From contig RDEW01000003.1 of NCBI GenBank assembly GCA_011109175.1, forward strand, positions 1,825,523-1,870,193: a stretch of 44,671 bases of DNA, in the 5' to 3' direction. The notes beneath the pieces are model-generated. The model ran no database searches, was not told the DNA's origin, and worked only from the letters and a program-made list of their open reading frames with translations. Of the stretch, positions 1 through 12,289 are shown one piece after another. The position numbers were made by a program, and so were the translations under genes. The stretch comes from Dicyema japonicum. Its lineage: Eukaryota; Animalia; Dicyemida. The stretch's first letter is position 1. Each line of letters starts with the position of its first letter.

Positions 1-750
1 TCTGATTACTTCTCTGCTTAGAAGAATGACCTGGGTCCGAGACTGATTGGCCAAATTTTTCTGAGAGTATTTATCAACGCATGTAGCGTTCCAAGCAAGT
101 TCCTACCATCAGCAAAAGGGAATTTTGTCATCCCGTGGAAGCGTTTGGCATCCTTTCGGGTGAGATATTGCATCGGTGCCTAACAGAAGAAAGTGCGTTG
201 AGACAGACATGTTTTGGGAAACTGTTTACGATCACCTACACGACAGTGGATGGTCGTCATATGGATTGATCAAACGTCTAAACAACATTTTCGCTCCGCA
301 CGCATTAAGTCCGGAATAAGAGTAAAGGACCATATCCATCAAATTCTCTGAGGAGCTATAAAAGGACAAATATGCACTTAATGCGGCTGAAGTACGGTAA
401 TTCCTCCAAAAAACAGGCATAGTTGCCTGAATCCATCCATATGCATCAATTGGAGTTTCATTCCAACTTGGAATCAAGATCAGTGCCGGTACAGTAAACG
501 GAACAACACTAACTTGCAGGAATAGTACCGACAGGGGCGTCTAACATAAAACCTGGTTACTCTTCGGTACTCTAGCCGAGATAGAAAACGTCCGGATGGA
601 ATAACTATCTTTCCATTCGAGGATGGGAAGCCCCTGTCCGGGATGTTACGTGTACGGACACTTTCGTGCTGGGCAACCTCCCTCAGTGAGCTGCAAATAC
701 GCATTCAGCTGACGGATAGAGCGATCTTGATTTTTTGGCATTTTGCTATA
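1..750 (-). mobile_element. CRE-clade non-LTR retrotransposon fragment (post-RT region and RLE endonuclease), degraded
   Basis: Minus-strand translation gives CRE-type motifs LDAPVG, WIQATMPV...ALSAYLS, PYDDHPLSCR, PKHVCLN and LAWNATCVD, broken by stops and frameshifts. Confidence 0.8.
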
Positions 751-849
751 CGTGCCTCAAAATGAGTTACAAATAATCTTTATGGTAGCGAAGCATAAGA
801 GACCACAAGGTAAGATCTCTTGTTAGAAGAAAAAAAATAATTTCTTATT

Positions 850-1035
850 TAGGATGTGTCCAAATAACTTCACCACTCCCTTTTGGCTGTTAGTACGATC
901 AGCTGTGAATTGCATATTCCGTACAGCTCTTTGTTACTAATCTTTTTTGGAATCCTGATTTTCTCAGTGACCGTAGTTGATTTATGTTGTGGGAGTTCAT
1001 TTTTTCCTATTGTGAGTGACTGACTATTCAAGAAT
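850..1035 (-). mobile_element. RTE-like LINE, C-terminal fragment
   Basis: KISNKELYGICNSQL followed by a W..FGHIL-like stretch; matches the RTE copies at 15.8 kb and 30.4 kb. Confidence 0.6.
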
Positions 1036-1099
1036 TATGCAGAATCACAGGGAGGACAAATTCGCTGTGAAAACAAAATTTTGTCTTCTCCATTTATTC

Positions 1100-1400
1100 C
1101 ATCTATCCCTGGACTAGTGTTATTTTTTAGCTTATTTAAAACTGCCATCCATCGAAAGTGGACCCCGCCGACATTATCGACGTTGCGTTGCCTCTCACGA
1201 TTGCAACAGAGATCAACTGGAGTAGCCACCGGGTCTCACGTGCGTCGTGGCTTTTTAGTGTAGCTTGTTGATAACGTTCAGAACCTCTTTGTATGTAATT
1301 GGGTCATTTAGAGGCCATTAACGTTTCTTTTGCCTCTGCTGTGACTTTCAATGAATATTTTACCATTACGTCGGCTTCAAACTTTCGAGTTCAAATTCCC
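1100..1400 (-). mobile_element. CRE-clade element, 3' end
   Basis: DARETRWLLQLISVAIVRGNATSIM matches the CRE terminal motif QRISxAIxRGNA. Confidence 0.75.
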
Positions 1401-1439
1401 ACCAATAAAACATAGGGCATCCATGAATATCTTCGAGTG

Positions 1440-1824
1440 TCGAAGACAGCACAGTATAGATTTCCATCTGGACTTTTCGCAGTTATGCCCATAGTGGGAG
1501 CATAAATATTAATTATTGTTGATAATTAATTGATAATCTTGATTATGCTAATCATTGATTTTCCAATACTTTTCTGTTGTAATGATTTGATACCACAGAG
1601 CACATTCCATAGTGTCTACATTCCGGTTCCAGAAACAGAAATCTGTATTCCCCATAGTCTTCATCCAGTTCGGCGGATACTTTAGTTTCCTGAAAGCATG
1701 CAACAGCCACTCCATAATGCTTAGATCTTGGCAAAGCTGACTTTTTTCGTATTTCAGAACTAATTCCTCTCACATTAAAAGCCGTTAACCTGAAATTCTT
1801 TCGTTCATAGTGTTTTTGAAACAT
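1440..1824 (-). mobile_element. RTE-like LINE, APE endonuclease fragment
   Basis: ORF 1552-1824 has FNVRG and ACFQETK, followed by a YAPT motif near 1500. Confidence 0.8.
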
Positions 1825-1825
1825 T

Positions 1826-1945
1826 TATTTAAACCAAGAATCAACGAGAGAGAGGGGGCCGTCAGGTCATCCTGACCTCCTTAAGTAGCCGCCTCATCCT
1901 TCTCGGTGTTCTTACCAGCACTTAGTAATAGAGAGGATGTCATGC
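1826..1945 (-). mobile_element. LINE family A (Jockey/I-group-like), 3' end
   Basis: Ends MRRLLKEVRMT* with a TAAA tail, like the copies at 18764 (RRLVKEARIT*) and 26505 (RRLLREAGIT*). Confidence 0.7.
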
Positions 1946-1974
1946 GGTTAAAATGACTTTTAAATCATTATTAT

Positions 1975-3425
1975 TAAAAGCACTCCCGAGAAAACATAAA
2001 TTAGTTAAGTTTCATCTGTGCCTCCTAATCACCCTTTCCGTCAACCTCGACCATGATCCTCTGTGGCGCGCTGGCTCCATCTTGATTTGAAAATACCATC
2101 TGATCGCACACCAGATTTAAAATTAATAAAAAAAGTTTGCATTAGAGATCTTCATAGGCCAGTTGATCTAGTCCTATCCTCCACCCTTTTTCAAATTCCA
2201 ACTCATTGTCTTCCTGGAGAGACCGATTGAGAGCATTGGTGATCATTTTAACTAGCTCCCAGGGGCATGTTTCAAAAGCTCTGCTGGGATATTGTTATGT
2301 CCTGGCGATCTTCAGGTGTTCAATTTTTTGGTTGCCTGAAGAGTTTCCGAAACGCTTATTGGGTGCAATAGTGTGGATTTGTCTGGTTTCTATAGTTTCA
2401 TTGTCTAGTTAATTTTTCTGAGAGTGTTGAATAGATGATCAAAATGCCAAGATCTTATATTAGCTTTGTTAACGTCTTCAATAACAGTACGGCCGAGGTT
2501 ATCGTGGACAGTGATCGGGGCCAAACTCCTCCCTCTGTTAAGGAGGGGAATTGCATTGAACATCATTGATCCGTCTTTATATTTCGTTATTTCGGAAATT
2601 TAATTTTCTGCTTCACTTCTGGCAAGGAATTTTTTATTTGTTTGATCATTGTAGGACTCTGCCTCTCTGGGTGCAGAGCTCGTTGATTTTTTCCGGTGCA
2701 CTTGTATTTTCGGATCTGAGCCTGAGCTTTTTTTGTTTTACAGAAAGTCGTCTGATATCCGGACTGCTTTGTTTGTGACTGGGTTTGGGGGTGGGACCCA
2801 AAACACTAGAGGCTGCTTTTTGTATAGCAACGACTATTTCCTCCCACATCTTACAGAGTTGTACAATATCGAAGAGTGTTAGAATCTTCATAACGTAGCC
2901 TCTCCTTGTCGTATCGTACTGAGGCGATACCTTTGCGTTTTCCATGTATTTCATGAATTCTGTTTAGCGATAACAAGTTTGTGATCGCTGCTAGTTTCAA
3001 GTCCACCGTATGACCTCAAATTTTGTATGTGGCTTTCTGATGTTGATTGCAGAGTATATAGTCAATCTGGTTGTATATTCGGATTGTGTTGCCATACTTG
3101 TCTTTTCTGGTCCCAACCCAAGTGGTCATGTGTCTTGCTGAGAGCTTGAAACAAATATTGCATAGATTTGATTGAACTCTGTGGAAAGAGGATGAAAGCG
3201 AGTTGTATAAAATTAAGAGAAGTGCAAAATGAATCCAGCTCTTCAATATTTGTTGAGACTCGCGCTCCGGTTGGGGCATATACATTTATAATGGTTGATT
3301 TTATTTCCGCATTTGATATGCAGCACTGCGACACAGTCAGATGCTGCCCACACTCTTGTAACACAGTGAATCAGGTCCTGATGGACAGCAAATCCGAGAT
3401 CATAGTATTGGCAGACAAATGAGAA
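1975..3425 (-). mobile_element. RTE-like LINE, internally deleted (endonuclease, linker, RT remnant, 3' tail)
   Basis: INVYAPT and NQIDYIL endonuclease motifs; the 3' tail is shared with 7630-7725 and ends in (TAA)n. Confidence 0.8.
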
Positions 3426-3452
3426 GGTAAAAATCATTAACTTTTTTAATTA

Positions 3453-4044
3453 CAGTAAACCCTCATTAATCCGAACTAAAAAAATTTGGATGCCTTTCGG
3501 ATTGTGAAGGGAATAAATATATTAATTTCATTGTAGTTAATATTTATGTTTTCACATATAATAATCTCTCCATTTTAGAATCAATAATTTCTTTGTCACA
3601 AAGAATGACGATTTCCTTCTCGTCGAGCACTTCTGTTTGAGTTATTTGTTATTCATTAGCCAGTTCAGTTCTTTTCGGTGTTCATTCAAAACAGGATCTT
3701 GGATTATATCTTCATTAGCAAATTAATCAAGACATTTAATTGTCTCAGTCTTTTTAAAACAATTTTTATTGTCTTCTTTTACTTCGTGTGTGAGATAATT
3801 ATGGCTTTCCGTAAATTCACAAAAAAATCTTTTTAAAGATTTTGGTACTGTTAGATTTAAATGTAAATTCATCAATGTTAATACAAACAAAATAAATTAA
3901 TCCGAAATTTTTAATAAATGTCTTTAGGATTGCGGATTATAAAGTTTCTGTTAATTGAAGCCTGTTTGTAAGAAAACTTTATAAAATTTTGCTAACTCAT
4001 CAAAAAATCGGATTATTGAAGTTAGGATTAATGAGGGTTTACTC
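3453..4044. mobile_element. pogo/Tigger-like Tc1-mariner MITE (592 bp)
   Basis: TA|CAGTAAACCCTCATTAATCCGAAC ... GTTAGGATTAATGAGGGTTTACTC|TA: 24-bp terminal inverted repeats with 2 mismatches, TA flanks and an AT-rich interior. Confidence 0.85.
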
Positions 4045-4084
4045 TATCATATAAATATAATTTGACACTTTCTCTAACGCGAAT

Positions 4085-4345
4085 CTGCTCAAGTCATCGT
4101 TGCGCATGTGTTTAGCAGCGAGTAGACTCGAAAAGGAGGAAGTACCGCGGGATTGGAACTCAGTTCGCATTACAGCCGACCTCCGTTGAGAAATCTGGCG
4201 TTTTTGGTTTGAACACTTTTGAATTTATCAGGTTAATCTGGCAGATTGCATGACTTAGGGTGATCCTAGAGTGACACGATGGCTCTCGGGATCATAAGGG
4301 GTAACTCCCATTGCATGCTCAATGCCTTCAGGTCATAATGAAGAC
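4085..4345 (+). mobile_element. CRE-clade element, 3' end
   Basis: KRRKYR..FALQPTSVEKSGVFG, GDPRVTRWL and IIRGNSHCMLNAF. Confidence 0.75.
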
Positions 4346-4394
4346 CTTGTCATTAAATTTATTAAACCAGAAAACTACCGTCAAGACAGTATGA

Positions 4395-4560
4395 AAAGAA
4401 ATTCAGGTGATCTCGGCTTCCCTCAGCAGTCTTTGCATGTTCTGACTTGAAGGAAGTGCTGTTTAAATAAAATGCAGTCTCCTTATAAAAACTATCAAAC
4501 CACAAATAGAATTTCGAATGTCTAAAAAAGCCCTCCAAAGTTCTAGCAGGCAGCAATGTA
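4395..4560 (-). mobile_element. LINE family A, 3' end
   Basis: ggtgatctcggcttccctcagcagtct resembles the family A terminus at 26505; it reads RLLREAEIT* on the minus strand. Confidence 0.55.
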
Positions 4561-4689
4561 AACTGTGTTTAAGTTAATAAATTTAACATGATTTTGATGA
4601 TAATTTTATCTGACTAACGTTTGATCTTATATAAATCATAAATTAAACCCATTACCCGATAACAATTTTGTACTAAATTTATATCATTT

Positions 4690-4885
4690 GTAACAATTCC
4701 ATGAAAATCGTAAGAGGGATTTGGACTCAATCACGAAATCTGCTTGAGAAGTTTATTAAATCCTTATTAATGAATAATTATAAGCTATCTCATTAATATT
4801 TAATGTTCTTACTAATATTTAACACGAGACCAATCTCCGTTACAATCGTGAGAGGCAACGTGGATTATTCCGGTGGGGACCAATT
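4690..4885 (+). mobile_element. CRE-clade element, 3' remnant
   Basis: ISVTIVRGNV; DNA nearly identical to the reverse complement of 1190-1215 (caatcgtgagaggcaacg). Confidence 0.55.
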
Positions 4886-5064
4886 TGTTATAATTTAGTT
4901 AAATCTTGTGGTAAATTGTATAAAAAAAGTAATGAATATTTCTCTGTGTTATTGAACCATGACGCAGCTTAACCACAATTTAATATGATGTCAATATACT
5001 TTTAATTAATTTAGAGAACGGTTAAATAAATTTATAAATCATAATCACCGTTAATCGACAAAGC

Positions 5065-6609
5065 ATGGAAGAAAAGAAAAAGAGATTTTCTATTGTTGGA
5101 CGATTAATAACTGGATTGAGCGTCTTCAGTGCTCTGACAGTGATGCTCATGCAGAGAATCAATTTGAACGTTGTTGTGCCCCAAATTGTGACAATTCGTG
5201 ATGACGTAGCTAAAGTTTATCCATTTAATAGTTAAGAAAATATTATGGACTTCAAATCAACAGTCTCTCGTTTTAATGTCATTTTACATTGGATTTTTCA
5301 TGAATCAAATAATTGTGGGATTTGTCGTTGAAAGATTTGGATCCAAAGTTCCATTGGCTGTGGGGATGATCATATCGTCAATTTCATGCATTGTTTCGGG
5401 ACTTATTCTTGATAAATCCACAGATGTATTAATATTCCTTAGAGTTCTCATGGGTGCTGCACAGGTTTATCGAATAATTAGTTTAGGCCGTATATTTTCC
5501 AGTCGTCATAGTTTCGCTGGCCAATTGGGTCCAACCCAGTTTTCGGGGGACAGCAGTTGGTCTTGTCTTTCCCGGTATTCTTTAATTATGCACGTCAGGA
5601 ACTCAGTGCGGCACAATCCTTGGACTCAGTGTGACATCGTACTTTGCAAGAGATGAGTCTCAATGGAGAGTCACTTTTTATTTATTTGGTTAACTTTTTG
5701 GTGGGAATTAGGTGGACTTGGATTCATTTGGCTGATATTTTGGTGCATTTTCTACACCGATGACCCCCAAAAGAATAGATGGATCAAGAAGGCTGAGAAA
5801 GATTTATTAAATAGGAAAATCGAAAGGTCAAGCAAAACCAATATTAAGGTAGTATTAGTGACTCAATATTGACCTTTCCAATTTCAAAAATATTTATCTC
5901 TGCTCCCGTTATAGCGGTAATGACCACCCATTTCGCGTCCTTTTGGAGTCTTTCCCTTATATATACAATTATTCCCTCTTTCATGAACGATGTGTATCTT
6001 ATCCCCGTCAAAGATGTATATTTTCTATAATCTTTCAGCAAGCTTACCTTAGCTTTTTGTCCCCGGCTTTCACTTGGATAGGTGGAGTAACCTCTTCCAT
6101 CATCTCCGATTTTCTTTTACGCAAAAAGATCTTGTCTAAACTCACAGTTCGAAAATTGTTGAATGTAAAATTTATTTTATTAAGCATAGCTTGGTGCTAC
6201 GATTCCAACGGGATTGTTCTTCATGTCAGCAACATTTATTCCTCCTGAAAAATACGAGTGGGGGGTGGTCATTATTGTCATTGCCTCATATATTAGTGGA
6301 TTTCAGTTTTCAGTAATAATGCCAAATATTATTGATATTGCACCACAATTCTGTGGCATAATCGGTGCCATTTCTGACACTTTTGCTGCTCTAGCGGGAA
6401 TAATAGCGATTCAGATAACTTATAGTTTTGTCTCCGAACGAGTTTTTAAAGTCTTTAATTTGTAGCATTTAGTCCGTGACTGGCAGATACCTTTCGGCAT
6501 TATGCTCATTATTCAGACAATCGCATTGATTGTTTTCACGGTGTTTGCCAAAGCTGAACTTCAGCCCTGGGCGAGTTCAAACTCTCAACCAGAACCAACT
6601 GAAATTTAA
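5065..6609 (+). CDS. SLC17-family (sialin/VGLUT-like) MFS anion transporter, about 452 aa, 9 exons
   Basis: Introns 5215-5236, 5465-5486, 5575-5598, 5689-5711, 5849-5871 (GT-TG), 6016-6038, 6165-6189 and 6442-6465 give a 1359-nt open frame. Motifs: QRINLNV, W..QQSLVLMSFYIG, ERFGSK, LRVLMGAAQ, HFASFW, NIIDIAPQFCG, AKAELQPWA. Confidence 0.92.
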
Positions 6610-7225
6610 CATTAATTATTTTTAGAGTTATGACTTAATTTTTCATTTATTTTTATTTTATCATTATTCTGCAAAAAAGAGAGAAGGGTCTTTTAGTTCT
6701 TAGAAAATAGCATCTTTCGCCACGAGAAGATGAACCACATCAAAAATTCTACGTTTGAGGGAAGTCGTTCTCCTTCAATAACTATCATTATTTTACCTTG
6801 ATCTTTGGAATAAATTCATTAATCAACCACAAGCTTCAAGAAATAAGATAATTAAAAAAGACTTTATCCTTCAAATGTTCCCCGTACTATCCTCACGTAC
6901 TTCTCTGTAGTTCTCTGTATTTAAGAAATGTCTATTATAATCACAATCGTTGTTCTGCATTTATGGTTTCGAGAAAAAAGTATCAAGGGAAGAATTAGAT
7001 ATCTATTAAAGTTATTAACTTGTCAGAATGTTGAGGTGGCAACATATTTCTTTGGACGCAATGTCTACTTCGTGGATAAAAGCTTTTGTCTCTCGGTTGA
7101 AAAGATAATTTGTCCGTCTCTTGTATTTCCTCCTTTGTTATGTCCGATTCCATAACCTCCAGATCCCGTGTGCTTAATTTTTAGGCAGTATGACAGTTAA
7201 GAAGGTGTCCATGCATGTAGAACCT

Positions 7226-7556
7226 CATATAAGACCTTTTCTCCATGTAATTTTGGTGACGTCTATGTCCCTTTTTATCGTCTTAGTCTAATCCAGGGTT
7301 TCATGGATTGAATAGTCTAATCTTAGTCTAATCCAGGGTTTCAGGATGATGTGCTTAATGGATTGAATGATGCGATAACCAATTATATGANCATATAAGA
7401 CCTTTTCTCCATGTAATTTTGGTGACGTCTATGTCCCCTTTTATCGTCTTAGTCTAATCCAGGGTTTCATGGATTGAATAGTCTAATCTTAGTCTAATCC
7501 AGGGTTTCAAGATGATGTGCTTAATGGATTGAATGATGCGATAACCAATTATATGA
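7226..7556. repeat. 165-bp direct duplication joined by a single N (probable assembly artefact); each copy has an internal ~40-bp repeat
   Basis: Copies 7226-7390 and 7392-7556 are near-identical, with n at 7391. Confidence 0.85.
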
Positions 7557-7629
7557 TGAAATTTGAGACCCTTCCCGATATTTTGTGTGATGAGTAGGGA
7601 AACCAATTGCAATAAATTGCAATTAAATA

Positions 7630-7725
7630 TTATTAAAAGCATTCCCGAGAAAACATAAATTAGTTAAGTTTCTCTTGTCTTGTATTTTTAATCATTCTCT
7701 CCGTCAACCTCGACCATGATCCTCA
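7630..7725 (-). mobile_element. RTE-like LINE, 3' tail
   Basis: Near-identical to 1975-2060 (tattattaaaagca.tcccgagaaaacataaattagttaagttt...ctcgaccatgatcctc). Confidence 0.75.
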
Positions 7726-7739
7726 TAAAGAATATCTGT

Positions 7740-8360
7740 AATATCTTCCATAGTATTCGGGGGCATACTATTGAAATAGTATCCCACAGCATAATTCATT
7801 CCGGATAATATATCCTATTTGAGAAACCGATAAGGAATTTTCCTGGTTGGTTTTCGATTATCCCGGAAAATCGACTGGATCTCTTGAATCCAACATGAAA
7901 ACTCTTCTAAGTACTTAGTGAAACAGACAATCTCCGGTTTCTCGACGCTCTGCCGATTTCCTCTTTGGTGACACGTAGTATTATTTACATCAGATTTGAG
8001 AAGTAATTTCACATTTGCCACAGATTTGGTGGTACCAAACCGCGAATTGAAAATACCTGTTATTAACGGCCACCCACCCCGAGGTATTCTTCCAAATCTT
8101 GACTTGGCAGATCCACCTACTTGTGATCCATTCAGCTTTGTTATCTCGGTCAACCGAATCAGCCATCGCCCGTAGAGACGTGATAGTAGAAGTCATATTA
8201 CCGTGCGAAATTCCCTGTTCTGGAAGCACTCCATGGACCACCATGTCTACGTTATTGTTGGTTTCGCTTTCATATCCATTCGTAGATAGGTCTTCTGGTA
8301 ATGTTTCTAACTCATTCTGAGAAACAAACATGCTCCACAGCAACAAATTCATGGTTTTTT
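7740..8360 (-). mobile_element. Possible CRE-clade N-terminal ORF fragment
   Basis: GRIPRGG...HQRGNRQS resembles the RIPRGAR...PxRGG segment upstream of the CRE RT; degraded. Confidence 0.35.
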
Positions 8361-8364
8361 ACTG

Positions 8365-10253
8365 GTGTTACTTATCTTATACCAAAGAAAAAAGTTTCTG
8401 ACTCTCCAAAGGACCTTACACCGATCACGTGCATGTCTAACCTCTATAAATTGACAACAAAGTGAGCAAATATATTGAAGCATTCGATCAAATTAGTGAT
8501 CACCAGTTAGGAACTCATAGAATGTGCCAGGGCACGCAAGAACAAGTCTTGGTTAACCAATGCATTAACAAACAGTCAGCCAATTTACGCTTGACATGGA
8601 TTGATGCAAAGAAAGCGTTAGATTCTGTGGATCATGGCTTTCTGTACGAAGTTTTAGAAAACTCTGGACTACCTATATGGATTATTACTATTCCTTATCC
8701 CCACAGTTTTTTTGATTGATCCGTTGAGTCGACTATTAAATGGTAAATACCCTAAAGTGACCATGGATGCTGAGGGAAATACTCTTACCTATGCTACTAA
8801 CCACTTGTTTGCGGGTGATCTTAAATTGATATCCTATGAGGACGACACAATGGTAAGAATGATGAACCAAGTTAGAAAATTTTTTGATGCAGCTGGACTG
8901 GAGCCTAATATCGACAAATCAGCCACAAATGTTGAATATTTGGTTGAAAAAGCTATGTCACTTGACGGTCTTGGAGGTTATCGACATCTTGGCGTATTAG
9001 AAGACAAATATAGTAAGACTAATGTGATGAAGTCTATTTATGCAGAAGTGGAAAATAGGATTATGAATCTTATGAAGACTAAACTGAATAGTGTTAACTT
9101 CTTCAAGGCAATCAATGAGTATGCGACTTTATAATTATTATATTGGACTCATTGAAATTGAACGAGTTTGAGGCAATTGACAAGTTTGTAGTTTACTTAT
9201 AAATGGTCGGATTCACTGTAATCCAGCAAATAAAGAAAGATTGTATTTACAGGGAGATTTTCTTGGGGGATTAACTTCTGTTGTATATAAAAGTGAACGA
9301 ATACTTCTACATTTTTTACAACGACCTGCAACACAAAGCCAACAAATGTTTGAGGAGAACGAGAATCCTACGGGTCTTGAATGCAAAGAAAAATCATATG
9401 GCCACAATCGTAGGATTCCTAGCTGGAAAATATCGCTTAGAGACAAGGGACTTTAATATAAAACAGCTGAAGGATGCACAACAAATGGAGCTATTAGAAA
9501 AGATAAAAAGAAAACCTCTACATGCTATGATGTTCAATTCAACAGAAGATCAAAATGTTGATATCAAACAAGTTAGTTACGGAAAACATCTCTCCAAGGA
9601 CGGAGGGAATGCTATGTTATGTCAAGCATCCTAATGTTTTTTTCGAGGAAAATGGTGCAAAATGCAGCCATTGCAATTCAGAGAATAAAACAGTTGATTA
9701 TCTGGCTACAAGGTGTGGAAGAATGCTCAATAGTGACTACCTACGTTGTCATAATGAGGTTGTCAGGTGCATACATTTACACCTGTGCAGGCAGTATTGA
9801 ATAAAGAAATCGAAAAGGCTAAAGACTCATTCAGTACAAACAACGGTTGTAACTGAATTTGTGGAAATTTGCGTTGATACAACAATAGCTACGGACACGA
9901 GAATAAATAACAAGCCGGATATTTTCGTGTATAACAGAATCAAGAACAAAATAGAAGTGAGAATAACCTCCCAAAATTTTTTGAAACATGTCGAAGTGGA
10001 GAAAGGCCGCAAGTACGATTTTCTCGCAAGTGAGCTGGGGATAATATACAAAGCGAAAGTGCACGTGGTCCTAGTAGTCCTTACTTGGAATGGAGTCGTG
10101 AGCAAATATTATAAACACCACTTGAGTCACTCCAAAGTGGAATATCTTTTAGGAGCCTACATGCAGACGATAACGATCAAAAAACGATGGAAAGCGTTTT
10201 GGGCAGTCACGTTTGCATGTCGGAGTACTTGTCGAAATGAAAATGGAATTTGA
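8365..10253 (+). mobile_element. RLE-type non-LTR retrotransposon (R4/NeSL-like, microsporidian-type), degraded
   Basis: TYLIPK..PITCMSNLYKLTTK, QLGT..QG..EQ, WIDAKKALDSVDH, TNHLF..DLKL, CSHC...HNEVVRCIHLHLCRQY, NKPDIFVYN..IEVRITSQ and VLTWNGVVSKY. Confidence 0.9.
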
Positions 10254-10254
10254 T

Positions 10255-11570
10255 GTTAGTTAGTTAAGTGACCCCAGCCTCACTAACTTGTAAGAGGACA
10301 ACAGCTATTAAGTAGGACGCAGCAGATGTTCGTCGCTCCCATAGATCAGTCAGTTCTGGCATTGTGGAGAAACGTTGTGCCAATTCATGACATTGAAATA
10401 AATGATTTGTTGTCAACACGTGGAGGTTACAAAAAGGACAGAGTATATCGTATGTTGGTAGATTTGGGTGTTGCCCACATCGTAGACGAGCCAGGTTTAC
10501 TCGGACGTCCCTCGGAAGAGAGGATTCTGATAGATCTATTAGAGTAGGGGGTCATTGTAGTATTTATTGTCTACACCTTGGTTAGGTCAATCGATGCAAG
10601 GATAGTCCGTTTGGGAGGATTATAATTGTTGAAACCATCAGGGATATATTGAGTTAGGGTAGAGATATGTGTTGATGTTGAGCATTGTGTACAAAAACCA
10701 TGTTAGAAATCAGGGAAGATACTCTGATATTAGTTTCAATACAAAACGTTCAATAATTTTCGATACTACAGATAGTAGTGAAATTGGTCTGAAAGATCCC
10801 GGACTTCAGGATTGGGATTATTTTGGATTTTTTTCCATAGTGCAGGAATTCTAAAGACACAGAATTTATGTTTGTTATTGTTTTGAGTCCTTGTATTTCT
10901 CAGGTGCTTTAAATGCAGATTCCATCAAGCCCTTTGGCAGGAGAGTTTTTGGCGTTTTTGATGAGTTTTTCGACATCAGAAGTACTGATTTCAATCAGTT
11001 ATCCGTAAAGAGTTTGAATATTTTTCAATTTACATGAACGGGTGCATTTGTTCATATTGATGTGACTCACTTTTGCGTAGTGGTCCATTATGACATCTGC
11101 CTGATGAGTGAAATTGCGTGATGTTTGATTATTGTCAATACTGGTGGCTTGGGTTGTTTCCATTCTATTTTGTTTCGACTGAAATCCACGTAAAGTACCC
11201 CAAAAATTCTTTAGTTTTGTTCGGTGGTTAATTTTTGTGATGAAATTATTCCATCAGTCCAATTTTTTCTTGTTGATTAATTCTGTAATTTCATCATTAA
11301 GGTTGGAAAGTTTGGCCGTATAAATTTTTGATTTTTTGAATTGACGTTTTTTATGAATCTTTTCGATGATTCCCTCAGAGAAATAGGGAATATAGTCTGC
11401 AATGAGTCCTCATTTGAAAACTCTGTCGATTAACTATATGATGAATGGAAACCATCTTCTTTGAAAACATTGGAAACCTAAAGTCTTGAACAAATCAAGT
11501 GTCGGATGACGTAGGACCTAATCTCGTCCAATCGAAATTGAAAAAAAACTTGATGAGCCTGTCAAAAGGT
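10255..11570 (-). mobile_element. I/Loa-like LINE with the RT core deleted; keeps the C-terminal zinc finger and (AACT)n tail
   Basis: KNSPAKGLDGI, FRPISLLSVVSK and GFNNYNPPKRTILASIDLTK run directly into LARLRCGQHP...CPFC...HLFQC...DLW. Confidence 0.85.
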
Positions 11571-11687
11571 ATGACGTGGCTAATAATTATGCTAATATAT
11601 TCTAAAATACTTCCCAAATATGGCTAAAATGATTAGATTGGGTTTGTGTAAGGAAACATTAATCGATTAATAGGGGATTATAATAAA

Positions 11688-12174
11688 CTATATTAAATCA
11701 TCATTTAGTTCATTAAAGACGCAGTTATAACTCTGAAATTATAAAAATAATTACTTTGGTCAAATTTGCAGTTTTCAGGAAGTTATGAAAACTTGAGGCA
11801 TACAGCATGTTGAGCTCCGAACTGCAGGCTAGTATAAGGATTGAATCTTACACTCAGGACGTGCATAAATGGCCACAAGAGGAAAAGACAGTCTTCCGTC
11901 TTCATTAGTTTTTCGAAACGAGTACACAATATATCTGGGCTGGGTGATTGGGAGTGAGTCCTGGATGTCCTCCAATGTAATTCCCTAAAAATTATTTATT
12001 TTCAAACATGTAATACTTCATCCACTTTAATTATCTTTTCATCTTGGTCTATCATTACTGCAAATTTACGGTTAAAGACATACAAATTATTGCTTCTGGT
12101 TCTTCAAATTTCTTTCTTCTCAAGGCATTTATTGAATCTAAAGATTCTTGGTTTAACTTAACAATGAACTCCAT
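11688..12174 (-). CDS. GMF: Glia maturation factor (ADF-H domain, Arp2/3 debranching factor), about 130 aa, 5 exons
   Basis: Four GT-AG introns (26, 23, 23, 22 nt) give a 393-nt frame: EAIILMIDQD..DEVLHGITLEDIQDSLPITQPRYIVYSF..DGRLSFPL..LYASS..ANLTK. It lacks the last few residues of the family consensus. Confidence 0.92.
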
Positions 12175-12289
12175 TAAAATAACCACAATTAAAATTCCAA
12201 AAGAATTATTTAATTGGGGAAATATTATTATTAATAATTTAATAATTTTAATTTATAATTTTTATATAATTTATAAAGAGAGTAAACGG

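Noticed and set aside
7226-7556. 165-bp tandem repeat that could look like an array
   Set aside because: Only two near-identical copies joined at a single N, typical of allelic contig ends being concatenated; there are no spacers
11660-11700. Stop-codon readthrough at the slightly short GMF C-terminus
   Set aside because: The sequence after TAG does not resemble the GMF consensus; simple truncation is enough
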